Below, in pieces: positions 53,419 to 62,635 of a DNA stretch of 64,000 nt; within the stretch, counting starts at the first letter, position 1; each line of letters begins with the position of its first letter. The notes below the pieces were generated by a model. That model made no database searches, was not told the origin of the DNA, and saw only the letters and a program-made list of their open reading frames with translations. The stretch comes from Candidatus Nanopelagicales bacterium. GTDB lineage: Bacteria > Actinomycetota > Actinomycetes > Nanopelagicales > Nanopelagicaceae. The DNA lies in assembly GCA_038214925.1 (NCBI GenBank), contig JBBQRL010000001.1, positions 18,117-82,116 on the forward strand, read 5' to 3'. Made by a program: the position numbers and the translations under genes.

Positions 53419-54359
53419 TAACTCACTTCATCTAGCGCGTTTCGAACAATATCCGGCAGTGAGATCTCTTCACTTTTTAAGACGCCGCGAAGTTGTGCTC
53501 CAGTGCGCGCACCGATTAACGCACTTGTTACGCCGGGTGCATCTCGCACCCACGAAAGCGCGACTTCTAGTGGGGAGTAGCCCAACCCTTCTGCAGCAAC
53601 GATGACCGCTTCAACTATGCGAGCACTTCGATCATCTAAATATGGCTCAATGTGTTTTGCAAAGTGCGGCGCAGCTCCTCGTGAATCACTAGGTATTCCT
53701 TTTCGATACTTCCCAGTCAACACTCCGCGCGCGAGCGGAGCCCAAGCCATAAAGCCAAGCCCACATTCCTGAGCGGCATCTAGGATCTCGATTTCGGCAG
53801 AACGATTCAATAATGAGTATTCGGATTGAATTGTGGCAAGTGGGGCTTTCATCGAATTTGATTGTTGCTTGGTTGCAGCTCTAGCGATTTGCCAACCCGA
53901 ATAATTGCTGACACCAACGTAGCGAGCTCGACCGGTTGTGTAGGCATAATCCAGCGCCGATAAAGTTTCATCGAGCGGAGTTGCATCATCCCAAGAATGT
54001 ACTTGCCAAATATCTACAAAATCTGTTCCTAATCGATTCAGCGAGCGATCTAGATCAGCGATCAGTGTCTGTCGGGTGGCATCAATGTGTTTTGCCCCAT
54101 CAGAAAAAACGAGGCCGGCCTTAGTTGCAATTACGATTTCATCACGAGCGAACAATGTTCCGATTAATCCACCTATCACTCGTTCACTATCGCCATCACC
54201 ATAAGTCGCCGCGGTGTCCAGAAAATTTCCACCGGCATCGATATAGGCCCGGCATTGATCGGCCGCTTCAATTTCATCGGTATCCCGTCCCCATGTCATG
54301 GTGCCAAGACCGAGTCGGGAGAGATTTAAACCAGTGCTACCAGCACGCCGCAATTCCAT
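53415..54359 (-). CDS. Aldo/keto reductase
   Basis: ..LGLGTMTWG.., ..FLDTAATYGDG.SE.., ..ATKAG.., ..VHSWD.. AKR catalytic tetrad context. 314 aa. Confidence 0.9.
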   Translation of the reverse strand: MELRRAGSTGLNLSRLGLGTMTWGRDTDEIEAADQCRAYIDAGGNFLDTAATYGDGDSERVIGGLIGTLFARDEIVIATKAGLVFSDGAKHIDATRQTLIADLDRSLNRLGTDFVDIWQVHSWDDATPLDETLSALDYAYTTGRARYVGVSNYSGWQIARAATKQQSNSMKAPLATIQSEYSLLNRSAEIEILDAAQECGLGFMAWAPLARGVLTGKYRKGIPSDSRGAAPHFAKHIEPYLDDRSARIVEAVIVAAEGLGYSPLEVALSWVRDAPGVTSALIGARTGAQLRGVLKSEEISLPDIVRNALDEVSY

Positions 54360-54410
54360 GGGGCGACCTTAGCAAGGCGACTAGCCAAAACCTGCGATAA
54401 CCTTTCATTC
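54360..54410. promoter_or_regulatory. Divergent spacer with -10-like boxes 6-7 nt from both start codons (leaderless geometry)
   Basis: Plus strand: TAACCT (54398-403), N7, then the ATG at 54411. Minus strand: TAAGGT (complement of 54366-71), N6, then the ATG at 54359. No SD on either side. Confidence 0.35.
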
Positions 54411-55082
54411 ATGCGAGTGGTTTTAATTAGACATGCACATTCCCAAGCTAATGCTGCTGGAGTTTTATCGGGACGACGTCCGGGAATCCATTTGTCGGAA
54501 AAAGGTATCGAACAGGCACAAGGTTTGGCGCAGCGTTTAGGCCAATTTCCAGTCACGCAGATTCGCGTAAGTCCGATGGAGCGTTGCCTAGAAACAATTA
54601 ACCCGTGGATTAACTCCCTTGACGCTAGCAATAAAAACGCGGCCATTACCGATCATGATCTCACTGAAGTTGATTATGGAAGCTGGAGTGGAAAAAAACT
54701 CTCCACTCTCTCAAGAAATAAGATGTGGACGACCGTCCAGGAAAGCCCAAGCCGGATGTATTTTCCCGGTGGTGAGGGTTTAGCTGCAATGCAAATTAGA
54801 GCAATGAGATCAATTCATGCAAGTATCGATGGAAAAAAATCCGGAGTTAGCATCTTTGTAAGTCACGGTGATGTCATTAAGGCGATGGTCGCCTCAGCAC
54901 TTGGAATGCATCTCGATGATTTCCAAAGGATTATTATTGATCCAGCCTCAGTAACGATTTTGGACTTTTCACAACTTAAACCGCGAACGCTTCTTGTCAA
55001 TGACACCAGAGCCGTCGTTACTGATTTACTCGTGTCCCCAGTGCGGAAGAAGAATCTGCTCGGTGGCGGTGGCGGTAAGTGA
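54411..55082 (+). CDS. Histidine-phosphatase superfamily protein (MSMEG_4193-type putative phosphomutase/phosphatase)
   Basis: Catalytic core LIRHAHS (RHG-type), ..SPMERCLET.. and ..VSHGDVIK... First gene of the four-gene block ending in mshC. Confidence 0.85.
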   Translation: MRVVLIRHAHSQANAAGVLSGRRPGIHLSEKGIEQAQGLAQRLGQFPVTQIRVSPMERCLETINPWINSLDASNKNAAITDHDLTEVDYGSWSGKKLSTLSRNKMWTTVQESPSRMYFPGGEGLAAMQIRAMRSIHASIDGKKSGVSIFVSHGDVIKAMVASALGMHLDDFQRIIIDPASVTILDFSQLKPRTLLVNDTRAVVTDLLVSPVRKKNLLGGGGGK

Positions 55083-55603
55083 GATATGAAGTCAATGCCC
55101 CGGATCGATTTATCGTTGGAACAGTAGGGGTACCGGGTGAGCGGACCTTCTATATTCAAGTTATTAAAGATAAGCGAACTTTGTCAGTTGCCGTTGAAAA
55201 GGAACAAGTACGAGCCATCGTTGCCCGCATGGAACTCATAATCGCTGAGATTAGAAAAATGAATCCTTTGGAAATTATGGAGCGCCTAGCACCCGATGAT
55301 GCGCCCCTTGATTCACCGGTTGACTCCCTTTTTGATATCGGTGCAATTTCTTTATCGTGGGATGAATTAAAAAAAGTAATGGTGTGTGAACTCTTCGAGA
55401 TTGAAGGTGGGGAAGGGCTAGACAGTAATAGCGATGATGAAGAGCAAGTTTTAGCGATCGAGTTCTCATTAGGAATGGCGCAGGCTTTTTGTCTGCGATC
55501 GGCAGCTGTTGTAAATGCTGGTCGTTTACCATGTCCATTTTGTTCGATTCCAATAGATCCAGGTGGACATTTATGTCCGAGAGCAAATGGCTATCGTAGA
55601 TAA
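55079..55603 (+). CDS. DUF3090-family protein (function unknown)
   Basis: GTGA overlap with the upstream gene. N-terminus ..FIVGTVGVPGERTFYIQ.., acidic middle, and C-terminal CPFC..(9)..HLCPRANGY Zn-ribbon-like tail typical of DUF3090. Confidence 0.8.
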   Translation: MRYEVNAPDRFIVGTVGVPGERTFYIQVIKDKRTLSVAVEKEQVRAIVARMELIIAEIRKMNPLEIMERLAPDDAPLDSPVDSLFDIGAISLSWDELKKVMVCELFEIEGGEGLDSNSDDEEQVLAIEFSLGMAQAFCLRSAAVVNAGRLPCPFCSIPIDPGGHLCPRANGYRR

Positions 55604-56297
55604 GTACGACGCACTCCGATCGTCCGAATTAGTTGTGACGGGGCGATTAGTTGATGCGTCAAATGCAACGTTGTACTCACATGTCGTTTTCAACGAGATT
55701 GAAATCGCCTGCATCTATAAACCAGTTGCGGGTGAGCGACCACTGTGGGATTTCGTCGATGGATGTTTAGCCAATCGCGAAGTTGCCGCTTTTGAAGTAT
55801 CACAGTCAATGGGATTCAACATAGTTCCCTTCACAATATTGCGAGATGGTCCATATGGTGTTGGCATGGTGCAAGAGTGGATCCCGATCGACGAATCGAT
55901 AGATCTTGGGCAATTTTTTGCTACCGATCATCCTCGATTACGGGTGATGGCATTGTTTGATGCCATAATCAATAACACTGACCGGAAAATTGGGCACCTG
56001 CTTCCAATAGATCTCAATCTTGTTTACGGCTGCGATCATGGCGTGACATTTCACACCGAAGATAAGTTACGAACCGTCTTGTGGCAATGGGCCGGCGATC
56101 AACTATCTGCACAAGAGTTCGTAGTTCTAGAAAAGCTTCTTACCGATATAGCTGGTGATCTAGGAGAAATTCTTAGCCCACTCATTACGTCCGATGAAAT
56201 AAAAGCAATTAGTGCCAGAGTCAAGCGCATGCTTCATTCTGGCCGCTTCCCAGAACCTAATCCAGATTGGCCCGCAGTACCGTGGCCAGCATTTTAA
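55563..56297 (+). CDS. SCO1664-family protein (PI3/4-kinase-like fold, function unknown)
   Basis: Kinase-like catalytic-loop remnant INNTDRKIGHLL and downstream GCDHG. Overlaps the DUF3090 3' end. An alternative ATG start lies at 55587. Confidence 0.75.
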   Translation: MDIYVREQMAIVDKYDALRSSELVVTGRLVDASNATLYSHVVFNEIEIACIYKPVAGERPLWDFVDGCLANREVAAFEVSQSMGFNIVPFTILRDGPYGVGMVQEWIPIDESIDLGQFFATDHPRLRVMALFDAIINNTDRKIGHLLPIDLNLVYGCDHGVTFHTEDKLRTVLWQWAGDQLSAQEFVVLEKLLTDIAGDLGEILSPLITSDEIKAISARVKRMLHSGRFPEPNPDWPAVPWPAF

Positions 56298-56320
56298 TTT
56301 TTCACGATTAGACTAAGCAC

Positions 56321-57562
56321 ATGAAATCGTGGCACATAGACGACGTCCCGGCTCTAAAATCGGATGTAGAACTTGCCCCCTTGTACCTAACTAACTCGGC
56401 AACTTCCCTGAAGCAAAGTATGGGGAGTAAACAACATTACCGAATCTACGTCTGTGGGATCACGCCATACGATGCCACGCATTTGGGTCACGCTGCCACC
56501 TATTTAACTTTTGATTTGGTCAATCGCTATCTTGGCGCAAAGGGTGCGACCGTAGATTATGTCCAAAATATAACCGACATCGATGATCCGCTGTTGGAGC
56601 GAGCTAACCGAGACGGTGTCGATTGGCGTGATTTAGCCGAGAAACAGATCGATCTTTTTAGAAATGACATGCAAGCCCTTCGAGTCATTCCTCCTAAGGA
56701 TTACGTCGGAGCCGTTGAGGCGATTCCGCTAGTGAGTGCTGCGATCGAAAAACTCGATGATAAAGAGAGTATCTATCCAGTTGATACCGATCTCTATTTC
56801 TCGGTAAAGATGGATCCAGATTTTGGTTCAAGATCGAATTTAGAACAAGATCAGATGTTGCAGATATTTTCCGAACGCGGGGGAGACCCAGATAGGACGG
56901 GAAAGAAAGATCCACTCGATTGCCTAGTGTGGATGTCTAAACGAGTTAATGAACCTAGTTGGCCATCCCCGCAAGGTATAGGTCGACCTGGTTGGCATAT
57001 TGAATGCACTGCAATTGCCATGAAGTACTTACAGCCAGATCCGGCAGAAGAATTTTTAATTGATCTGCAAGGTGGCGGAAGTGATTTGATTTTTCCACAC
57101 CATGAAATGTGCGCGACGCAAGCTAAAATAATTTCAGGTAAAGAGTTTGCCGCTAATTACGTTCACGCCGGAATGATCGGTTTAAATGGCGAAAAAATGA
57201 GTAAAAGTAAAGGCAACTTAGTTTTTGTTTCAATTCTTTTGAGTCAAGGAGCAGATCCACGTGCGATTCGATGGGCACTGATGCGCGAAAATTATCGTAC
57301 CGACCGAGCATGGAGCGCAGAATTGCTAGCGCAGGCACACATTTCGATTAAAAAGATGACAAGGGCCCTGGCAAGCTCCGAGGTCGCTGCTACCGATCCA
57401 GTCATTGAATTAATCGCACGTCGTCTAGCAGATGATCTTGATACTCCTTCGATTCTGGCCGCTCTTGAACTATGGGCCGATCAGACCATTTCGGGTGCTA
57501 ATGGCGGAAATTGCGATTCGCTAATAAATGCAATCGATGTATTTTTGGGAATGAAATTTTAA
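56321..57562 (+). CDS. mshC: L-cysteine:1D-myo-inositol 2-amino-2-deoxy-alpha-D-glucopyranoside ligase (mycothiol ligase)
   Basis: Class I aaRS fold without an anticodon domain. YVCGITPYDATHLGHAATY (HIGH), KMSKSKGN (KMSKS), ERGGDPDRTGKKDPLD, which I recall as MshC-specific. 413 aa. Confidence 0.9.
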   Translation: MKSWHIDDVPALKSDVELAPLYLTNSATSLKQSMGSKQHYRIYVCGITPYDATHLGHAATYLTFDLVNRYLGAKGATVDYVQNITDIDDPLLERANRDGVDWRDLAEKQIDLFRNDMQALRVIPPKDYVGAVEAIPLVSAAIEKLDDKESIYPVDTDLYFSVKMDPDFGSRSNLEQDQMLQIFSERGGDPDRTGKKDPLDCLVWMSKRVNEPSWPSPQGIGRPGWHIECTAIAMKYLQPDPAEEFLIDLQGGGSDLIFPHHEMCATQAKIISGKEFAANYVHAGMIGLNGEKMSKSKGNLVFVSILLSQGADPRAIRWALMRENYRTDRAWSAELLAQAHISIKKMTRALASSEVAATDPVIELIARRLADDLDTPSILAALELWADQTISGANGGNCDSLINAIDVFLGMKF

Positions 57563-58398
57563 TCGTTTTCGCGTCGACGAAGATATCGCTCAAACTCTTT
57601 CGCAATTGAATCACCGCTCACTTCCGGCAGTTCGGCAGCATCCTTATTGGCTTCCAAAGATTTTACATATTCGGCGACATCAGAATCTTCAGCCGCTAAA
57701 TCATCAACTGATTTCTCCCATTCAGCTGCCAGTTGGGGAAGATCGTCAACCGGGATTTCAACTTCTAGAAAATCCTCTAAGGCATTAATCAGAGCCAACG
57801 ATGCTTTTGGTGACGGAGCATTTGGGGCGTAGTGCGGAATGCTGGCCCACAGCGAAAGTGAGTCGATGCCACGCTTTGTGCAGCCATCTTGGATGATTCC
57901 CAAGATTCCAATCGGTCCTTGATACTTAGAAACTTCCAAGCCTAACCGCGCCGCGATACCTGGCCTAGAACCAGTTGCGGTCACTGTAATAGGTCGGGTG
58001 TGAGGGGTATCAGATAGAAACGCGCCCAATGTCACAAGCATGGAAACTTCACAATCATCGGCCAGATCTAAAAGCTCGCGATTGAACTCTTTCCAACGCA
58101 TCGATGGTTCAACGCCAGTAACAATCACGAGATCTCGCTCCATCGTTGGAATAGACAGTCCAAAAACTTTCGTACCTGGCCACACAATAGAACGGATCGA
58201 CGAGTCATCAATGATCACTTGTGGCCGATTAACTTGAAAATCGTAAAACTCTTCAATATCAAACTCCGCGATTAATTCAGGGATTACTTCATCAATCTCG
58301 CGCCACGCGGACAACAAATGGTTGAGCGCCCCAGAAGCTGCTTCAGCGCCATCATTCCAACCGGTAAATGCCACAATCATGATTGGCTGACGAAGCAT
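57559..58398 (-). CDS. PAC2 (proteasome assembly chaperone 2)-family protein
   Basis: ..MIVAFTGWNDGAEAAS.. N-terminal signature and an acidic C-terminus. The ATG at 58398 is preferred over 58464, with uncertainty. Confidence 0.8.
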   Translation of the reverse strand: MLRQPIMIVAFTGWNDGAEAASGALNHLLSAWREIDEVIPELIAEFDIEEFYDFQVNRPQVIIDDSSIRSIVWPGTKVFGLSIPTMERDLVIVTGVEPSMRWKEFNRELLDLADDCEVSMLVTLGAFLSDTPHTRPITVTATGSRPGIAARLGLEVSKYQGPIGILGIIQDGCTKRGIDSLSLWASIPHYAPNAPSPKASLALINALEDFLEVEIPVDDLPQLAAEWEKSVDDLAAEDSDVAEYVKSLEANKDAAELPEVSGDSIAKEFERYLRRREND

Positions 58399-58448
58399 CG
58401 GAATTGTATAAATCTCCACGATCGCAACCTTACGGTAACCTTGGGTCA

Positions 58449-61400
58449 GTGAGCACGCATACAACTTCAGTAGCGCCAGGATTACTGCGCCGTGCCCTGG
58501 CCGAACGCGTTGTTATCGCTGATGGAGCCATGGGAACGATGTTGCAAGCGGCCGATCCCACCCTAGAAGATTTTCAAAACCATGAGGGCTGTAATGAGAT
58601 TCTCAACGTCAGCCGACCAGACATCGTGCGTTCGGTACATGACGAATATTTAGCTGTTGGCGTAGATGCGATTGAGACAAATACTTTTGGTGCTAATTGG
58701 TCTAACTTGGCGGATTACGGGATCGAAGATCGAATCTATGAATTAGCTTTCGCCGGTGGCAAGATCGCACGCGAGGCAGCAGATGCCTATTCAACGAAAG
58801 AAAAACCCCGCTTTGTATTAGGTTCGATGGGGCCGGGAACAAAGTTACCCAGCTTGGGCCACACCACGTATGAAAATTTGAAGGTTGCGTATTACACAGC
58901 GTCAAAGGGTTTAACTGATAGTGGATGCGATGCATTACTTGTTGAAACATCGCAAGATCTTTTACAAGTTAAAGCCGCACTCAGTGGTGCCAGAAAAGCA
59001 ATTGATGAATCTGGTCGTGATGTAGTTTTGATTGCGCAAGTCACTGTCGAAATGACGGGAACAATGCTGATGGGATCTGAAATCGGTGCCGCGCTCAATG
59101 CATTAGAGCCACTTGGTATCGATTTAATCGGTCTCAACTGTGCCACCGGACCAGCTGAAATGTCAGAGCACTTGCGGTACTTATCAAAAAATGCGCAAGC
59201 AGCGATTTCAGTTATGCCAAACGCCGGCCTACCGGTTCTCGGTGCCAATGGAGCTTCTTATCCATTAGGTCCACAAGAGTTAGCTGACGCCCTTGCCGGC
59301 TTTGTGAAAGATTATGGAATTTCATTAGTCGGTGGCTGCTGCGGAACCACTCCTGCGCATTTAGCGTCCGTTGTCGAACGACTGGATCGCAAACCGATTT
59401 CACAACGAGTGACAACGTTAGAACCTGGCGCATCCTCGCTGTATCAGTATGTCCCCTTTAGACAGGATCGAACATATCTTGCAATTGGAGAGCGAACCAA
59501 TGCAAATGGTTCCCGCGCCTTTCGCGATGCGTTGTTGGCTGAAGATTGGGACAAGTGTGTAGAAATTGCCCGAGATCAGATTCGAGACGGCGCGCACATG
59601 CTTGATCTCTCGGTTGATTATGTCGGCCGAGATGGCGCGGCCGATATGCGCGAACTTGCATCTCGCTTTGCTACAGCAAGTACCTTGCCAATTGTTTTAG
59701 ATTCAACAGAGCCAGCTGTTTTAAAGGCCGGTTTAGAACACTTAGGTGGTCGTTCAGTTATCAACTCCGTGAACTATGAAGATGGTGATGGACCAGATTC
59801 TCGCTTTGCAAAGATCATGCCCTTAGTCAAAGAGCATGGCGCCGGAGTTGTTGCCCTTACGATCGATGAAGAAGGTCAGGCCCGCGATGCCGAATGGAAA
59901 CTTCGGGTTGCACGTAGGTTGATTACTGATCTTCGCGATAACTGGGGCATGAACGTTGGCGATATTTTAATTGACTGTCTTACCTTCCCAATTGCAACTG
60001 GCCAAGAAGAAACCAGACGCGATGGAATTGAAACAATCAGTGCGATCCGGCAATTAAAGGTGGAATTCCCAGAAGTCCAGACAACACTTGGGGTAAGCAA
60101 TGTTTCATTTGGCCTCAACGCCGCATCCCGAGTCGTCTTAAATTCAGTTTTCTTACATGAGTGCGTGCTCGCTGGTTTGGATTCGGCGATCGTTCATCCT
60201 TCAAAAATCACACCGATGGCAAGAATTAATGAACGTGAAAAAGAAGTCGCCTTAGATCTGATCTATGATCGTCGCCGGTACGAGGGCGATGAATGTATTT
60301 ACGATCCACTGCAGGAGTTTCTCGGTTTATTCGATGGCGTTGAACTGGCCACAAGCAAAAATGCTCGAGCCGAAGCCCTCGCTGCACTTCCATTATTCGA
60401 CCGACTACAGCGTCGAATTATTGATGGTGAAAAGGTTGGTTTAGAAGCTGACCTCAATAGCGCCATGAGTCAGGGCGTAAAGCCATTAGAAATTATTAAT
60501 ACCCACCTGCTTGAAGGCATGAAAATAGTAGGGGAGCTCTTTGGAAAAGGAGAGATGCAACTTCCTTTTGTGTTGCAAAGCGCAGAAGTAATGAAAACAG
60601 CGGTTGCAATGCTTGAGCCGTATATGGAAAAAACAGGCGATGACGGTCGTGGAACAATGTTGCTCGCAACGGTCAAGGGCGATGTTCACGACATTGGTAA
60701 GAATTTGGTAGATATTATTTTGACGAATAATGGATACAAGGTTGCCAACATTGGAATTAAGCAGACGATTAATCAAATTATCGATGGCGCAATCGAAAGC
60801 AATGCCGATGCGATCGGCATGAGCGGCCTGTTGGTTAAATCTACGGTCATCATGAAAGAGAATTTGCAGGAGATTACAGCGCGTGGCCTAGATCAACGCT
60901 GGCCTATTGTTCTAGGTGGTGCAGCACTTACACGTGCATATGTTGAACAAGATTTAGCGGCGATTTTTCCAGGGCAAGTTCGTTATGCCCGCGATGCCTT
61001 CGAAGGTCTTCGCCTGATGGATTCAATCATGGCGGTAAAACGCGGCGAAGAAGGTGCCGCGCTTCCGCCGCTACGCGAGCGAAAAGTTGCTAACACGCGA
61101 ATTAAAGAAACTCCATTAGTTCTAGATACGACGCGAAGTGATGTCGCCACCGACATAGAGATACCGGCTCCACCATTTTTTGGTTCCCGAGTCGTTAAAG
61201 GCATTTCATTAGCTGACTACTCTGGCATGCTCGATGAGCGTGCATTATTCGTTGGGCAATGGGGACTTAAAGGTAACCGCGGCGAATATGAAAGTATGGT
61301 TGAAGAAGAAGGTCGTCCTCGCCTGCGCGCTTTAATGAATCAAGTTCAATCAAGTGGCTGGTTAAATGCCGCCGTCGTCTATGGATATTTCCCGTGTTAC

Positions 61401-61955
61401 AGCGAAGGAAATGATTTAGTAATCCTGCATCATGAAGGTGAGAATAAAGGAAAAGAGCGGGTTCGCTTCGCTTTCCCTCGACAGACCAGAGATCGCCGAC
61501 TATGTATCAGTGATTTCTTTGCATCCAAAGATTCTGGCAAAACCGATGTCGTTGCTTTCCATGTTGTCACCATGGGTTCAGTTATTAGCGAAGCAGCCGC
61601 AAAACTTTTTGCGGAAAACAAATACCGGGAGTATCTAGAGTTACATGGTCTATCAGTTCAGCTAACGGAGGCATTGGCTGAGCATTGGCACGCGAGAATG
61701 CGAGAAGAACTCCATGTTAAGGGTGATGACTCGGCCGAGCTGCAAGGAATTTTAGATCAGGGTTATCGCGGTTCTAGATATTCATTTGGTTATCCAGCCT
61801 GTCCGGATTTAGAGCAACAAGTTCAGTTGTGCGAGTTGCTCGAGCCAGGTCGAATCGGTGTTGAATTATCGGAGGAGTTCCAACTTCATCCAGAGCAATC
61901 AACATCTGCGATCGTGGTTCATCATCCGGAAGCTAAGTATTTCAACGCTAACTAA
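58449..61955 (+). CDS. metH: Cobalamin-dependent methionine synthase
   Basis: Hcy-binding (..DGAMGT..GGCCGTTP), pterin-binding, B12-binding (..DVHDIGKN..SGL) and AdoMet-activation domains are all present. The GTG at 58449 is chosen as start. The ORF is open from 58383. Confidence 0.95.
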   Translation: MSTHTTSVAPGLLRRALAERVVIADGAMGTMLQAADPTLEDFQNHEGCNEILNVSRPDIVRSVHDEYLAVGVDAIETNTFGANWSNLADYGIEDRIYELAFAGGKIAREAADAYSTKEKPRFVLGSMGPGTKLPSLGHTTYENLKVAYYTASKGLTDSGCDALLVETSQDLLQVKAALSGARKAIDESGRDVVLIAQVTVEMTGTMLMGSEIGAALNALEPLGIDLIGLNCATGPAEMSEHLRYLSKNAQAAISVMPNAGLPVLGANGASYPLGPQELADALAGFVKDYGISLVGGCCGTTPAHLASVVERLDRKPISQRVTTLEPGASSLYQYVPFRQDRTYLAIGERTNANGSRAFRDALLAEDWDKCVEIARDQIRDGAHMLDLSVDYVGRDGAADMRELASRFATASTLPIVLDSTEPAVLKAGLEHLGGRSVINSVNYEDGDGPDSRFAKIMPLVKEHGAGVVALTIDEEGQARDAEWKLRVARRLITDLRDNWGMNVGDILIDCLTFPIATGQEETRRDGIETISAIRQLKVEFPEVQTTLGVSNVSFGLNAASRVVLNSVFLHECVLAGLDSAIVHPSKITPMARINEREKEVALDLIYDRRRYEGDECIYDPLQEFLGLFDGVELATSKNARAEALAALPLFDRLQRRIIDGEKVGLEADLNSAMSQGVKPLEIINTHLLEGMKIVGELFGKGEMQLPFVLQSAEVMKTAVAMLEPYMEKTGDDGRGTMLLATVKGDVHDIGKNLVDIILTNNGYKVANIGIKQTINQIIDGAIESNADAIGMSGLLVKSTVIMKENLQEITARGLDQRWPIVLGGAALTRAYVEQDLAAIFPGQVRYARDAFEGLRLMDSIMAVKRGEEGAALPPLRERKVANTRIKETPLVLDTTRSDVATDIEIPAPPFFGSRVVKGISLADYSGMLDERALFVGQWGLKGNRGEYESMVEEEGRPRLRALMNQVQSSGWLNAAVVYGYFPCYSEGNDLVILHHEGENKGKERVRFAFPRQTRDRRLCISDFFASKDSGKTDVVAFHVVTMGSVISEAAAKLFAENKYREYLELHGLSVQLTEALAEHWHARMREELHVKGDDSAELQGILDQGYRGSRYSFGYPACPDLEQQVQLCELLEPGRIGVELSEEFQLHPEQSTSAIVVHHPEAKYFNAN

Positions 61956-62635
61956 TGTCACAAGTACCCAGTTTTTTTGATGCTGTCTTTTTTGATATGG
62001 ATGGATTGCTCGTCGATTCCGAACCTCAATGGCTGCAGTCCGAAAAGGAGGTAATGGCGCCATTTGGATACGACTGGCTAGACAGCGATCAGGTTGCTTG
62101 TCTTGGCGGACCGCTCACTCGTGTTGGGCAATATATGTTTGAAAAAAGTGGAAATCAAAAAACTCCAGATTTTTTTCGTGAGCTTTTAATCGATGTTCAA
62201 TCGAAAAAAATGCGGGCACATATCCCAACAATGCCAGGTGCAATTGAACTTGTGAGGCAGTTACAGCTCAACGGGATTAAGACTGCGCTGGTATCGGCCA
62301 GCCCTCGTATCATTGTTGATGCAGTCCTGGCCAATGTAGGAAAAAACCTTTTTCCATTTTCCATTAGTTCCAATGATGTTGAGTTTACTAAGCCACACCC
62401 AGATGCTTATCTGAAAGCGGCAACTATAAGTGGGGTCGATATTAATAATTGCCTGGTCTTTGAGGATTCGCTCACCGGAATGAAGGCGGCAACCTCTAGT
62501 GGTGCATTTCTAATCGCAGTGCCTCATCTAGTAACAATTGATGAATCCCCAAGAGTTCGCGTGATCAAATCTCTGGCGCAGCTAAACTATCAAAAGCTAA
62601 TCGAACTGAAAGCGGATTTCTTGGTATCTATTTAG
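61955..62635 (+). CDS. HAD-superfamily hydrolase (beta-phosphoglucomutase-like subfamily IA)
   Basis: Motif I FFDMDGLLVDSE, motif II ..VSAS.., motif III/IV ..K.....FEDS..G... TAATG overlap with the metH stop. Confidence 0.85.
   Translation: MSQVPSFFDAVFFDMDGLLVDSEPQWLQSEKEVMAPFGYDWLDSDQVACLGGPLTRVGQYMFEKSGNQKTPDFFRELLIDVQSKKMRAHIPTMPGAIELVRQLQLNGIKTALVSASPRIIVDAVLANVGKNLFPFSISSNDVEFTKPHPDAYLKAATISGVDINNCLVFEDSLTGMKAATSSGAFLIAVPHLVTIDESPRVRVIKSLAQLNYQKLIELKADFLVSI

Noticed and set aside
58383-58464. Apparent 82-nt head-to-head overlap of the maximal PAC2 ORF (to 58464) and the maximal metH ORF (from 58383).
   Set aside because: This is probably an artefact of ORF extension. Homologue N-termini (..MIVAFTGWNDG.. 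for PAC2 and about 20 aa before ..DGAMGT.. for MetH) support starts at 58398 and 58449. Those starts leave a 50-bp divergent spacer.
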